A stretch of 64,000 nt of DNA from Lama guanicoe (GCA_013239625.1 MU053379.1:2958866-3022865); one strand, 5' to 3'; counted from the first letter of the stretch, positions 1 to 13,854 are shown. Numbers and translations are program-made. Notes: a model not told the origin generated them from the letters alone.

Positions 1-2082
1 TTTAAACAGTTCTTGAGCTCCCTCTGCTGGCTTTGTATTCACACTAAGGCGGCTCCTCTCTACAGCCAGCAGCTGCAGGAACTGCTCTCTGATAACAAAT
101 GAGAATCGCTGAACACCGATATGCAAATATCAAGGTAGAGGATTATCTGATATTCAAAATAGAAAAAGGGCAGCCTAAGTCATATAAAATAATTGCATTA
201 TAAATTCTGGGAGGTCTACGGCATTTTAAATATCACACAATTTGAGTCACTTCGAAGAGCTAAATCCTCTCTCAGATTAACCAAACCCATCTCGCTCCCT
301 TGAGCAGAGCTAGCCCAGTAACCCACACTGCAAAGCGCCAACTTTCCAGCTGCTTGACAGCGTAAGTTACACAGTATCACTACTAACTCATTGCTTTCTA
401 AAGCTCCATTCAGAGTGCCAGAAAAAGGATCAAATAAGGATTAATTTCATTTTCCCCCACTGAGAGGAGAACCAGCATGATTAAGTTAAGTGTGTAAACT
501 CTTCGGAAGCTTCTATTTATTCCAGACGGCTGACTACTTTTCAAAGAAATTTCACTCACTCTTAAATCTAAGGCTTCCTTAACCCATCTTATTTAAATCC
601 AGTGAGGCCCATTCTCCAATTACCCAAATTCTGGGTTCCATTTACTCCTCATACAAGGTTGCATAAGCAAAATTAATAGTGTTGTTTCCTAACTTCTAAA
701 GCACTGTGCACAGTACCAATGTGACCTTCTGAAAGCACAAGAGATGTGGACCAACTCATCATCTTGACGTTTCCCACAAGGTCTGAAGGTGAGTCAGCCC
801 AGACCCTGACTACAGCACGTCCCGTCAACCAGGTACCACCTGGAAGCCACAGACCAGATGCAGAAGCAGCTCCATGGGGTTTTCAGTTAGGACCCCTTAA
901 GCCTCTTCTGGAATGACGGAAGGTCGCAGATCCTCTAATTACTACTGTTACACTATTCCTGAAAGAAAAATAAAATCTACCCTCTGTGTGGCCGCTAAGT
1001 GTTACTGACTGATAAACGTCCCAACATAAAAACAGTCAAAAGTTGCAAAACAGCTAGAAAAGAATTGTTTCCACAAAGGAGAAAAGAGGAAACACAGAGA
1101 CCACCAGTTCCACCCGCCTTGTGCTTATTACGTCGTTACTCATGTTAACGGCAGACAGGTGGCTGTGACTCCCCCAAGTTCTGCTGCCACCAAATACAGA
1201 GTCCCAAAGGGCTCAGCATAACATACGAGTGGATGAAGGTAAGTAACTCTCTATCGTTTACACTGTTGAAGCCACCTTGGTGGGTGGAATCATCGTATAG
1301 ATAAGCAACAAAGCCAAGGAATATTAACTCAGATGAAAACAAAATTAGCAATCATTTTTACAGTAAAGAACCTTGGCCAGAAAGTCAACAGTCAAAGTGT
1401 CTGTGTTATGTACAGGTGGCTGTGTACCTAAGTACGTCAGTATTCAGCAACAGGTTAGCAAGATACGCCAGCACACCAGGGTTTACACTGCAGCGCAGGT
1501 TTAGTCATCGCCAGTGTGCCGACGGGGGGAGAACCCAAGACTGCAGGCGGACAGGTGTCCTTCTGGCCCAGGTCCCGGCTAGGCCTGCCACACCAGACCA
1601 CGGCGCCACTTGAATGGTAAAGAAGAAATGCCGCCAGACCAAGGAGGAGCTCGATGGAATGGAGACCAGCAGGCTGTCCGCAGAGTCACTGCAGCGCTAA
1701 GGGCCCTCACCCTGTGCCGCAAAGCCAGGGACAAGCACAGCAGAGGCAAGGACGTGCGGACCAAGCACAGCCGCCTCGTTCCTCGCAGTCAGTCTCTCAC
1801 CTCAGCAGTGCTGAGGTTCCAGATCAGAGGCTCCCCGAGCCCGGGGCTGCCCGGGACGCGCCAGGGTGTTCGCAGCACCCGTCCGCTGGATGCCGGTGGT
1901 GCCACCCCAGCACCGACAACCACAAATGTCCCCAGATGTTGCCAAGTGTTCCCTGGGGGGCGAATCGCCCCCACCCGACAAGCACTGCTCTAAATCATTC
2001 AGCTTCTGCTGGAACTATGTGCGTAGATACGAGACTCACGAGTCTGAGTAAACTGAAACACAACACTGAGAAAACGTTTCCA

Positions 2083-2192
2083 GGGGGCGGGCAAAGCCCA
2101 GGGGTGGGGCACGTGCTCAGTGTGCACGAGGTTCTGGCTTCGACCCTCAGTACCTCCACAGGGAAAATGAAGAAAGAAAAGTGAAGAAAAAA
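2083..2192 (+). mobile_element. tRNA-derived SINE (Vic-1-like), diverged
   Basis: tRNA-like head ending GTTCTGGCTTCGACCCTCAGTACCTCC, A-rich tail, approximate TSD AAAA(C/A)GTTTCCA on both sides. Confidence 0.75.
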
Positions 2193-3492
2193 GTTTCCAA
2201 AGTGATATCACTAACAAAAAGAGATTAATGGTGAGAACACATTCTAGACAAACTAGCCAAAAGCTTAAATAGTGTAGGAAAAAACGTGCTGTGAGAAAAG
2301 TCCCCGACGAGTGTATATCAGCCAAACAGAAAGGAAACTATTGTGAATACTTCACCAGCCATCTCTAGGCGGGAGGATCTTCCTGAAAACCAAAGTAGCA
2401 AGCAGTTAACGCTCATCAGTAATTTAACTGACTGGTGACCATCACCCTGTGTGCTGTTCTTAGCATTTTTCACCTTCATTATTTGCTAGAGAAGAGCTTT
2501 CTAAGAAGCACAGACCTTAGTCTTCCCTCGTCGCCTGTAAGTGACTCACTAAAATGTTTCGCACACTCATCGGGGGAACTCAACTAATTTTGCTTTGCTA
2601 AACCACGCACAACATGACATGGTTTCGTGCTACTCGAAGCCACAGTGAAGCTATCTCCGATATTAAATGAACACTGATCTGTAATGCCATCTTTCTGAAA
2701 ATAAAGAGAACATGAACATGTTTTCCTCTTTAGTAAGGAGATTCAGCTCATCTTAGGATCATTGCAAGATAAGTCGACACCGACCTAATTATTCACCGTG
2801 GAGCAAGTGAACCCCTCTGATGAGGCGTCCACGCCCAAAATTACTTTGGTGCTAGAACCTCTTAATGAACCAAAAAGCACGCGGTTTGTAAACAACACGT
2901 GGCTAAACTCAGTGTTAATTGGCTGAAGCCCAGGAATAACATTTCTTCGCTTTGCAAATGAGCACTTCTTATCAATGCTTTTTTGTTTAACTCAAATCTC
3001 AATAATCAGTAAGAATCTGCATAAACTGCTCATTCCTTTATACATGGACATGATTTATTGGCTCCAGGGAAGTCCAGCTTGCATAATTTTTCCAGTTCAC
3101 TCATCCCAGGGGAGGCACAGCCAACACCCTGACACTGGCGCGCTCAGAACTTCTGTAGGATTTTCTGGATTCCCTTCCCCTCCATGCAAGGGCTCTGCAT
3201 AGAAGGCACGCTAGGCAGGCAGCACCGTTCTCCCCTCAAGAACTACGGACACACTGTCCTCTGTCCTCAGCTGCGAACGCAGGGACCAGCAGTGTTACAG
3301 AAATTTTTCTTGACCATCTAATTGCTGCTAAGCTTCTAACTACATCAAAACAACGGACACCCATGGAAACCAAACACCAAGTGCGACGCCAGGCACACAT
3401 GCCATGCGGGGGTGGGGGTGTGAACAGAGGAAGCAGGGCCCGGGGCGGCGGGAGAAGCCGGGGAAGGGGCACACGAGGCGGCGTGACAGTAC

Positions 3493-3633
3493 CTGGCAGC
3501 CCGTGAGAGCAAGAGGAGTGAGAGGGCCCGGGGAAGAGCGTGCAGACGCCAGGCAGGAGGAGCGGGGCGCTCCGCGCGGCGGGCAGGGCCTCAGAGAGGA
3601 GGGCGCGGCTGCAGGCGGGTGGGCTGCGCTCAG
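3493..3633 (-). CDS. RALGAPA2: Probable alternative (cassette) RALGAPA2 exon, 141 nt / 47 codons, (A)ERSPPACSRALLSEALPAARSAPLLLPGVCTLFPGPSHSSCSHGLP
   Basis: Acceptor tttgtctctcctggaag, donor CAG|gtactg. Symmetric phase 1-1, no stop codons, in frame with the exon at 6989-7153. Resembles a recalled 47-aa optional insert at this position in RALGAPA1/2 isoforms. Confidence 0.75.
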
Positions 3634-6600
3634 CTTCCAGGAGAGACAAAGTCACAGTCACGTCACGAGGCCGCCAGGACCCTCCCTGTCTTTCTCACAA
3701 CCGTTATTTCTCTGGGCTCTCTAGTAGGCAAAGGAGGTTGTTTTAAACTTCAGCAGGAGTCAGTACAAAGCGCAATATTTAATCGCGGTCTCTAAACACA
3801 GCCGCCTTCAGCGGCCGACGGCAGGGCCAGCGGCCGCCCACGGCCGGTCCAACTCACCAAGGCTCTGGGTGTCGAGCCTCTCCTTTCCTCTGGGTGGCAG
3901 ATCCGCATGTGGGTTGCCTGTTGACTTGGGCAGACTTTATAATCATCAGCTTTCTCTTCCTAAAGGGCCCAAACCAAAAGACCACGGTGGGACAGGGAAA
4001 ACCTAGCCTGCGGCTGAGACTGACTCAAATAATGAGTCATTCAAAGCTGGCCCACCAAGAGACGACTGTGTTCAATAGCAAATCATTTCGTAAATGATTT
4101 GTACTAACGGCTCAAGAGCACCTAGAAGTCAAGGTGAACAGCAAAGGATTTGATACTGAGAAAGAAAGGTTAAAATCTGCATGAAACCCGTCCTTCTAAA
4201 TCTCATCTCGTGCTTACTAAATACACAATTTCTCCGTGCAAACCTCATCGTGTTCTTAAGCTTTCTATATATACTGCTTCTCAAAGCCATCTGGGGAAGT
4301 GGGTGAACACACCAAGCAAGAGGGTACACCCTGTACACAATCCACCATCAAGAAAGTCAGTTTCTTCCTTAAAATGAAAAGACGGGGGTTTACCTGCTGT
4401 GTTATTTTTATGTGATTTTATTTAACATGGATGAAATAGAACTACAAATGTGGTGACACATTAGCAAAAAGTGGAACAAACGTCTGACTTTCCTATCTTT
4501 TCCCCCACCCTCTGACCATCAGAATTCCCAGTTCTGAAGGACTATGTCAACGCAAACACAGCATCGTTCACAAATGTGCAAGGTGGTGTTCAGGTGAAAA
4601 CAACGTCCATGGAAACATCAAATGGACTGACTTCAAATTTCCTAAAGGACGTTTATCTCTTGACATCAGGGACGCTTCATTCGTGTGTTGCTTTAAAAAG
4701 TTTTCCTCTAATAAATCGGATAATTGTGCGCTTTTCCAAGATTGATCACTGGGTATTTTAGAAATGATACAATATAGAACAATATTTTGGAATAATACTC
4801 TTGTGGAAACTAACTGACTTGCTTTCATCATTCATTTTAGACATCTGAAGTTTTCAGCATCATTCACACTCGGGAATGAAGTTTTACTTTATTAACTTTA
4901 AGACTCTCCTTGCCAGTCCTTCTAAGTTGCAAATGAGTGCATTCTCTGTTCAATTAATTTTCACAATTGCTTATTTTATATTTTCCTCTCACCACCATCA
5001 CTGACATTTTCTCAGCCTAAGTGTAGTCTGTGTGGCAAATTATAATAGAATAATCTTAAATCACTCCCTTACTGGGATTAGAAAAAAAGTCACTTTCAAA
5101 TGAGTCTTCCATAATAAACATCTTCATGCTAACAGCACAAAAACTAATGTCATAAGCCGCTGCTCTCTCATTAAAAAGTGGCCTCTGCACAACCAAAATC
5201 TACCATGAAAATATTCTGGGCCTTCTTAAAAGACTAAATAAAAATATGTAAAAACCATACACCCAAGTAAAATCTCCAATATGTAGTTTATATAGATTCC
5301 TATTCTAAAACAGCATGGCATGATAAAATCTTCAAAAAACATAGTTTTCCCAGGTCACAAAAAAGTCCTAATGTTTTATAATTTTTAGAAATATAAAATA
5401 AAATAGGAAATATGTATTTGTGTATCCATCCATCCACTTGTATGTGTAAAATGCGTGAAGATAACAGATCTGGCCAAATGAGTGGCTCTTCACCTTCATT
5501 ATCTTTTAGAGGTTCTGGTTCCAAGTGTGTTTGATTTAATTAATCCTACAAAGGCCAGGTTTATGGTTTTGAAGTGACACACTCTACAAATACCTTTACA
5601 TGATTTTGTAAAAGCTCTTATTTTTGCGCAGCTTTCCAGGCACCTCAGAACACCAACGAACAGAATCCCATTGGCAAAAACACACACAGGGCTTTCTAAA
5701 ACACATCAGCACCGCTACCATACTGTTGGTCTAAAACACATGCTGAGAAACTAAGATGCAATCTCTTCTCAGGCTGTGTTTTGGCCAAGTTAGCGGCACA
5801 TGGAACATGCAATACACAATCATTTGCTGCTCATTCAATGTGAGAAGAAAGTTTTACAAAGTGCTTTGAATGAACACTTTAATCATCACTGTCATCCCAG
5901 GGTTGCCAGGGGCAGCAGGGAGTCCGGGCAGCCCAGGCACGAAGCTCCCTTTGTCACAAACTCCTGTTTCGATCCCTTTCTTTTAAGGACCCAGTGATGG
6001 AAGAAAGGAGCTTCCAGGAGTTGGGATGAGAAAGGAAACCGGTGAATGAGCCACCCCAAAGGCTGCCTGTTACCAGGACCTGGGTCTCTGCTCGAGGTGG
6101 GGAGGATGAAGGAGGCAGGAAGACAGGAGATGAATGTAAATAAGGTGATAATTACCAACAAATGTTACCGTACAAACAACGAGGCCGCTGGGGTTAAGGT
6201 GTAACACAGCTTCATAAAACTCCAACAGGACTCTAAGCCAGCTGCAGGAAGCCTGTACTACGCACTGGAAACTATGCTGAGTGTAAATGAAGCTTTGACT
6301 GATGGCCAGAGGACACTGCCTTTCTGCAGTCTACGTGCTGAGTATCAGTGACAGCTGCATGGCGTCGCTGATGTGAGAAACCACAGGGAGCAGAGAGAAA
6401 CCTGTTCTAAACTGAAGTCACTGGGAGGGGAAGGGGCTTTACTTGCTCTTATTAAATACTGTGTACAAGCTTACTTGTTAAAGATTTCTCTTTCTGAGAG
6501 CAAAGAGTAGTAAAGAGGCTGTCAGGTCAGCGTCTACAGGCATGGAAGGCTGTTTTCCTAAGAAGCGAAAGCACGTGAGCGTCTCCCTCCAGCTCTGGAA

Positions 6601-6988
6601 ACAGTCATTCTACACCTTTTCTTTGCTGGAATAAGCTTCCACACTCACTTAGGATCAACACTGTCCAACAACAACAATAATGCAACTGGTTAAGTGATTC
6701 CTAAGGCTCTGCTCTCCTCAAGGCTCAACCGGAACGTCTCCTTTCTCTCTTTTGCACAAATATCTGACCCATATTAACATCTCAAGCCCTCTTTTGTGAT
6801 GCATGATTTAGAAAGAAGTATCAAAAACTGTGATCTGGAAAGTCATCAGACAGAAAGCTAGAAGGATACAGACACGTCTCATGCAGTAAAAGGCCTCGTC
6901 GTTGAGTTCTGGGTGGAATTTTAATACTTGTGAAACATTTCACTCCTGCAGACCCGCGCCTTGGAGAAACAGGGAAATACAAGTTTAC

Positions 6989-7153
6989 CGGCTGCTTTCT
7001 GGCGAACGAGGCTTCTGGCCTTCTCGACTCCCGGCGCCCCAGACGTGGTGGCACTCCTGAACCGCATGGGCTCCGTCACATCGGGGTGACTCCGCCAGCT
7101 CAGAGAAAAGGACCTCCCCACCGTGGTTCCTTTCTGAGGATCAAGAACACAGC
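6989..7153 (-). CDS. RALGAPA2: RALGAPA2 coding exon (about exon 16), 165 nt, (G)[54 protein letters not shown]
   Basis: Acceptor ttttcttgtctcgtag, donor G|gtaaac, phase 1 to 1. Contains the RSFS and RFRSATT Akt motifs. Confidence 0.96.
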
Positions 7154-8789
7154 CTACGAGACAAGAAAAAGAATCCCACGGCTGAATTCACTATGACTCG
7201 TCTCACAGCCTCGGGCGCTCAGCACACTCTACACACAGTATCCTGCACAACCAGCGGATTCCCTCGCTGAAGATTAGGTACCACATCCCTAGACTGCAAG
7301 TTAGGAAGTTCTCCACGTGTCAGTGATCTGAAAATCCCTGTTGCCAGAGGATTTTCCAAGCATCTTCTGTGGTCTCTTGAAAATCATCGTATCTTCAACA
7401 GTACTAATTCCAGTGTACAAAAAAGTTAATAAATCTTTCTCAGTATAAGAACAATGTCAAATCCAGTTACACCACTGCTCCCAGGACACTCCAGAAACTG
7501 CTTTTATAAGCCAGAAAATTAGAGATCCCGGTTTTAGAACAGTACTCCATCCTGCGGACACCAACCTCTCCACAAACCCCCAAGAGAGATGTCTGCCTCT
7601 AAGTGCTGATTGCAGTCAAATGGGCAAGGCTGCTGAGCCTCTACAAACAGCCCCAGTCCTGTTTCAGTGACGCTCCGAGCAGTAACTGCTCAGCTCTGTG
7701 GTTCACGCTCCCTCCTCTCCTCTCATGCTGCTCTGCTCAGATACTCCAAGTGAGCGGCCAAGGACCACAAGACGCACAGGGGAAACGAGACACTTCGAGG
7801 TCTCGCGCGGGTCTGCTGGGGCTGGGGCTGGCGGCTGCCCGCCCCCCGGCCCGTTTTCACACCCAGCTTCTTCTGAGAGCGCACTTTGTTTCCGCAAGTC
7901 CGGCACTTGTACAGAAAGTATTTCTACAGTGAATATTCAACACCATTTTTAGAATAAAATAAGATAATACATAAATCAGAAACATTTGCTATAGCCGTTC
8001 ATTACAAAATGTGTTCTGTATCATTCTGAAAACAGCATTCTGGAAGCTGTCTACCCTCCTGAGACGAGCCTGTCTCTCCCTGGAGCCTGTGTCCGCACAC
8101 TGGGAGGGAGGAGAAAGTTTCGGAGCCTGAAGGGGAGGGCAGGTTATAGGAACTTCAGGAAGTAGGAAATGTGCTGAATTTGCAAAGGCCCTTACTTCCT
8201 GTCCCGGCCACTCCCCTCCATCCTGAAAGGCACCCTGGTTGGGCAGACTCCCCTAGGCTCCTGACTGGAAGCATCTGGATCCCCCCGGACTCCGGGTTGA
8301 CACAGGGGCCCTCAGAGCTGCTGCACAGGACATGACAGAGGCCCGGGCTCTAGGCTCCCTGACCCGACCCCAACCCCAAATCTCCAGTCTAACTGATTTT
8401 TTTCAGGAAGGCTCTGTACAGCTCCACCTCGGAAGAAAGAAAGCTCTTCTACTAAAGTGTGTGACAATGTCACTGCATCAGACAGTCTAAATCTAAACTG
8501 GGATTAAACAAGTCCACGAATGCCATGCCCTTCAACTACTTCGTTTCGGTTTCTCCCTAACCTGCTTTTACTCACAGACGGCAGTGCAGGTAATCTAAGG
8601 ATCAGCCACATCAACCGCGCGTCCCTGTGGTTAGTTAACCTCCGTAGCTGGTTCCATCTCCCCGTACCCACAAGGACTCTGAGCCTCAGCACACCACTTA
8701 CTTTGGTAGCAAAACTGGGCAAGCAGGGACTTGAAATGCACTTGAAAATCTGGGCTTGCCCTCTTGCTGCTCCTAGGACCCTAAGCCAT

Positions 8790-9045
8790 TAGGTGGGCAG
8801 CCCGAGCTAGCCCGCCTGGTGATGAAAGATGTACAGCCCCGCCCCCCACCGCCGCGGCTGACAGCTAGCCGACCCCTGCAAGGAGGCTGCCTGGCTGAGC
8901 GCGTCACAGCTGACTGCAAACACAGCTGTGAATTCAGCAGCAGAAGGGCCCGAGGGAGCCCGACTCCAACTGCTAAATAAATGGTGCTATTTTATGCCAC
9001 TATATTTTGGGGTGATCTGCCACACAGCAAAAGCTAACTGATGCA
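8790..9045 (+). mobile_element. MaLR LTR (MLT1-type) 3' part
   Basis: Typical terminus AATAAATGGTGCTATTTTATGCCACTATATTTTGGGGTGATCTGCCACACAGCAAAAGCTAACTGATGCA. Confidence 0.7.
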
Positions 9046-9630
9046 ATCTGCACCGAGACTGTGGTCGAGGCTCTAGCCTACCACAGCAGGTAATGTACCC
9101 TCTGTGAGTCTCTGGAGAAAAAATTCCTCTCGGGTCCCAGGACCAGGAAAAGCTAAGCATGTGGATCGTTCGTACCTTGTGTGCTCTGAGTGTCTGATGT
9201 AGCCCTGTGGGGACCAGTGTCAGATCCGCAGTTGCCCCTTCCCGCCTCCCAGCAGGCACGGAGGCCCCAGTGTGCATTCTGGCACTTGGACCATGCCTGT
9301 AGCTCCACCCCTTTTCATTTTGCCCCCATGTCCTTAGGTATTTTATCTGTTATACTATGTTTATTTCTAGAAACAGCCTCAAAATCTTTACATAAGTCGG
9401 AGTTCGGTGACTTAATCCCAGGACTGTGTCACAGTCTTAAAGACAGTAGTGAAGACACGCTGCCAAGCTGTCACCCCCCCCAGCAGAAACCAGTACCGAT
9501 GTTTTCCACCCAATCTGACTTTAGGTCTGAAAACAGTTTTCACCTAGAAACACAACAAAGCCAGAGTGACCCCCACTCGAAGCACTGAGAACCTCTCCAC
9601 CTGCCCCAGAAAGGCAGCAGAGTACACTTC

Positions 9631-9712
9631 TTTTTCTCTTTTCTTTTTTTAAAATTGAAGTATAGTTGATTTGCAACGTTGTGTCAGTTTTTACAAAACA
9701 GAGACAGACTCA
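9631..9712. mobile_element. Tiny 5'-inverted L1 3'-end fragment
   Basis: Poly(T) plus an antisense L1 terminus, joined to a sense-orientation L1 3' UTR piece. Confidence 0.6.
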
Positions 9713-10141
9713 GAGTGCATCTCAGTGGTGCAGTGTCTTGAGTTGGACTTGCCTGGCTTTGCTTTCTGGCTTTACCACTTTTTAGCTGTGTGACCCTGAA
9801 GGAGCCGATCGCTGTGGGCCCCGTCCTTGAGTCTGTGACGTGGAGGCAGCGGTATCTACTTCCCAGGCTGCCAGGATGGTGGCGAGGGAGAGTCCGTGCA
9901 CGGCCCCAGCCATCACTACTACTGTTACCAGTCCCCCACACATACACAGCCTCCCCATACACTCAGCGCCTCGGAAGGCGGCCGAGCGCTATGAGACACA
10001 ATCTAATGCCACCATGAAAAGACACTGTCCCGACGCTGCTTCAGTTGATGATGAGATTTCCTGCGTCAGGTGCTGGGTGTTTCACACAGTACCCCCGCCC
10101 CAGCCTCAGACACCTGGGGCCGCCTGTACGAGCGGAAATAC

Positions 10142-10379
10142 CTTTGCCTCGCTGCTTCTTTTCCTTTTGTTCACTTAATTTGTCCAGAGGCAGGTTTGTC
10201 ATCTCGACGCCGTAGACGGTTCTGGCGAGCACCACCGTCAGGGAGTCCATGATGTTGGCCCACTCGCTGATGAGCTCGTCCCACTCGGTGAGGGAGGACA
10301 GCACCCCGAGGAAGTCGTCCCAGAGCTCTCGGGACACGTACACGCAGAGGCTTGCCCGGATCCAGGCCACGATGAGTGT
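10142..10379 (-). CDS. RALGAPA2: RALGAPA2 coding exon (about exon 15), 238 nt, [33 protein letters not shown]...[12 protein letters not shown]
   Basis: Acceptor ctgtttcag, donor G|gtattt, phase 0 to 1. Highly conserved RalGAP-alpha peptide (ORF 10041..10370). Confidence 0.96.
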
Positions 10380-11934
10380 CTGAAACAGTCAACCAACCAG
10401 AGAATTCCATCGTCTTCATGTGGAAGAGGTATGGTTTTCACAAAAGGTGTAAAGTCACTCTCAATAAAATGACCGCTAGAGTAAAAAGCGCTTGTGGATA
10501 TTGTTTTTCTTTTAATTTCTCAAAATTCATTTGATCAGCTGCCATCGGGTTTTGAGCCCGTGCGAAATCAGTTACCATCAGGACAAAGACCCTGATTCAC
10601 AATGATGCTCACATCTGTGGCTCGTCCCGGCCGGAACCGGGGAGAAGACTCCTCCGTCTCCTGAGACACCCCTTTCCCTCACTCTCCGCGGCAGCCTCTG
10701 CAAACCTCCTCTTCTACCGGAAGACCTCCAACCCCGCCAATTCCGGCCTGACTTTGAGCAGGTGAACTCACTGTGGGCTTCAGAGAGAAGAGAACCCGTT
10801 ACACAAGAGCGCCTCCCTCCTGTGCCTGCAGATGTGTGCGGACAGGGCCCCCTCCACACTCGGGCCTCCTCCTCGGTCCCTGGGTTTCTATTAACCCCAC
10901 CTGTCCTGGACCTCTGACCCTCCTCCTGCCCCAGCTCCTACCCATCAGCATTTCACTGTGTTCCAATTCCTCCTTCTCTTAAAAAAAAACACACAAATGC
11001 TCCCTTGAACCCCAGTGCTCCCCTCTGGCGATAGCCCTTTCTTTCCCTTTCAAAGCCAACTTTCTTGAAAGAACATTCCACACTCACCCCATCCGCACCT
11101 CCTCTGCCACCCCACCTTCTGTCTGGGTTTTGGTTTCCGTCTCATGGCTCCAGTTACCATCCGTCTACTGTTTACTTTTCAACCGCCGTGTCCAGCCCAG
11201 ACCTCTCTGCCGGTTTCCTGGCCTTTCTAGCTGCTTACTGGGCAGCTCACGTGCACGGTCTGCACGCAGCTGTGACAAAGCAAAGCCGTAAAAAGAACTC
11301 AGTTTCTTCTGCTGAGATCCCACCAGTTCCTGGATCTGGTCTCTCCTGCTCGCGGCCTCTGCATACACTGTCCTCCCTCCCTTTCCGCATGTTTCCTCTA
11401 CAACTTCCACCCACCCTTCAGGTCACAGCTCGGACATCACTTCCTCCTCGGTGTCCCCGACTGCCACCCATCCCTGCCTGCAGCAAGCAGCCTTCAGTCC
11501 CCACCATTCCCCGCATCGCTGCCCCCGGAGCTCCTCTCAAGTCGATTCTCTCCTCCCCGGTCTCATGGTCCACAGCACCGCAACCGGCCATGGGCGACCC
11601 TACGAGACATCACGCACACGTCCTGGATACTGCCTCACCCTGAAGCTGCCTGGCTCCTTTCCCCTGCCAGCATGTTCCACACCCTCTAAAGTTCAAGTCA
11701 AGCTCCACCCCTCCCCCGGAGGAAGTGCGGGTCCAGCTCAGGTGAGCCCCAGCTGCTCCCCTAGTCTCAGCAGAGGGGATCTTTACACCCAAAGTCAGTG
11801 CAACGTCCCTGATCTGTGATCAGAACTATATGCACCGGTCAGGGTACCAGCCTGCAGGTATCCCTGCCACACCCACACGCAGACAGGCCGTCGGGACTGG
11901 TACTGCGCGTGGGAGAGCAGGGACTCGCTTTCCG

Positions 11935-12044
11935 GGGGGACAGGAAGGATTAGAGTTACTTATTGTTAACAGAGGCGCTGGGGACGGAACCCAGGACCTC
12001 GTGCGTGCTAGGCACGTGCTCTGCCGCTGAGCTGTAACCTCCCC
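11935..12044 (-). mobile_element. tRNA-derived SINE (Vic-1-like)
   Basis: Reverse complement reads GGGGAGGTTACAGCTCAGCGGCAGAGCACGTGCCTAGCACGCACGAGGTCCTGGGTTCCGTCCCCAGCGCCTC, the same family as 36407. Confidence 0.8.
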
Positions 12045-13356
12045 ACAAGTTCGCTCTTTAATGAAACGAGATTAGCTCATTCAGGGTGGTATGGCAGTAG
12101 ACTGCTTTTTAATTAAGAGAGAAATTTTTCTAACACAGACCTGGGAAAACTTTGAGAAAAAGAAAGCAATTTGTAACTAGGTAGGCCTGCTCTGACCTCC
12201 TGAAAAATCATATTTAAAGTCATCTTCGGCAATGTTCCTCTTCTCTGTTTCAATTCATGTTAACTACACTTTTTAAATGGATAAAAATGTTAATGCTGAG
12301 CTAAAATAATTGAGTATATTGAAAACAAGGTTCTAAAGACTCATTTAAAATCTTGACTCTAAGACGAAGAAAGTTTTTAAAAATTAAGGACAATGCAAAA
12401 GGAAAAATTAAAATAACTATCACTTACTGTTTTTAATACTTCATTACACGTTTGTGTTATGACTAAATGCTGGCTTCTATTTATTCGCTGTTACACTCCT
12501 GTTTTCAAAATGAGTTTGAGGCCATTACCATAAAGTGCACGCACACAGTGAAATTAATAAACAGGAAAGCAAAAATACAACCGTACAGAGTAGGGGGAGA
12601 AGGCAAAGCCTGGCAAAGTCACCGGGACTCGGCTCACGGTGCTCAGGGCACTGGCCTCGGGTTTAAAAGCAGGTGGGGGGGTGCGCCTCGCCCTAACCCG
12701 GGCGGCATGCACTGGCTTCATATGGTCATTAGACGAGGACAGAACCATGACTCCCCGCAGCTCATACAACTGTCCTCAGCCAAGCCCCGCACACGCACAT
12801 GACCAGGCGCCGCACGGCATCCTCAACCACAGCCCGGACGGTCGGCGGGGAGGGCACCTTCAGACGCGAAGGCGGGGCACCCCTCCATCCGCTTCCCTTT
12901 TCTGAGAGGAAGAGGGAGGGAGAGGGTCTCAGACTCGGTTCTGTCACTAAGCTGGTCTGTGCCCTGGACGATTTACGTGGCTTTTCTGGAGTCCCATTTC
13001 TCGCTGAAGGTAAGAAACTGGATAAAGGCGTCCCCGAGGTTCCTTCGAGACTGAATTTCAGGCTTTAGCAAATGCCTCTTGGCTCCCAGGTGTAGAGGAC
13101 ACCTTCACTAGTCAATCACTCCTCTTCTCAAAAGGTCCCCCACCAACCACGCTGTGTGTTTCTGCGTCCACGTCCCAAGGGGACCACACAGCTCTGAGGT
13201 TCTGGCTCACACTACACACAGCAGGACTGTGGTCCAGGCTTCCTCACGTGCTTCAGGGCGTCAAGCAGGAGGCCACACTGAGCCCTGACACCAGCGCACA
13301 AGGCATCACCATGGCAATCACCGTCACTCGTTAAGTGTTCAAAACGAGGCAAAACT

Positions 13357-13512
13357 CGACTACCTAGCCCTGGGAACTGTCTTCAATACCTCGCGACAGC
13401 CTACCATGAAAAGGAATATGAAAAGGAATGTACATATGTAAAACTGAATCACTGTGCTGCACACGAGAAACCAACACAACACTGCAAACCGACTGCACTT
13501 CAATTAAAAAAA
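13357..13512 (+). mobile_element. L1 3' UTR fragment
   Basis: Aligns to the copies at 23290-23450 and 25770-25912. Ends ACTTCAATTAAAAAAA. Confidence 0.8.
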
Positions 13513-13854
13513 TCTCTTTAAACCTCAACTGTCATTGGAAGAAACTTTGCCAACTCAAGTGACGACAGAGAAAAAGCAAAGGGAAAAGTAGCAAAAGATA
13601 AACGGATAACAGCGCCTTAAAATTCCTTGTCCCCTTTCACAGCCCCTTATTCAAAATTTTGAAACCCGAGTATCTGGCAACTGTAGACGGTCTACATGAC
13701 CACGTGAGTGATTTTAATTGTAGGATGGGACTGAGACGAGGCCACCGGGCCAGCTGGAAGATCTGCCCGACCTGCCACGTTGTCCTCCTCCAAGGACATC
13801 ACAGAAGAACCTGGGAGGTCCGCAGACGATCATAAATCCCAGGTGCCTCCGCTC

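Noticed and set aside
1..130. Open minus-strand frame ...REQFLQLLAVERSRLSVNTKPAEGAQELFK at the window edge
   Set aside because: Does not match the expected next exon (EVEECQQS...), has an in-frame stop just upstream and is truncated by the window edge.
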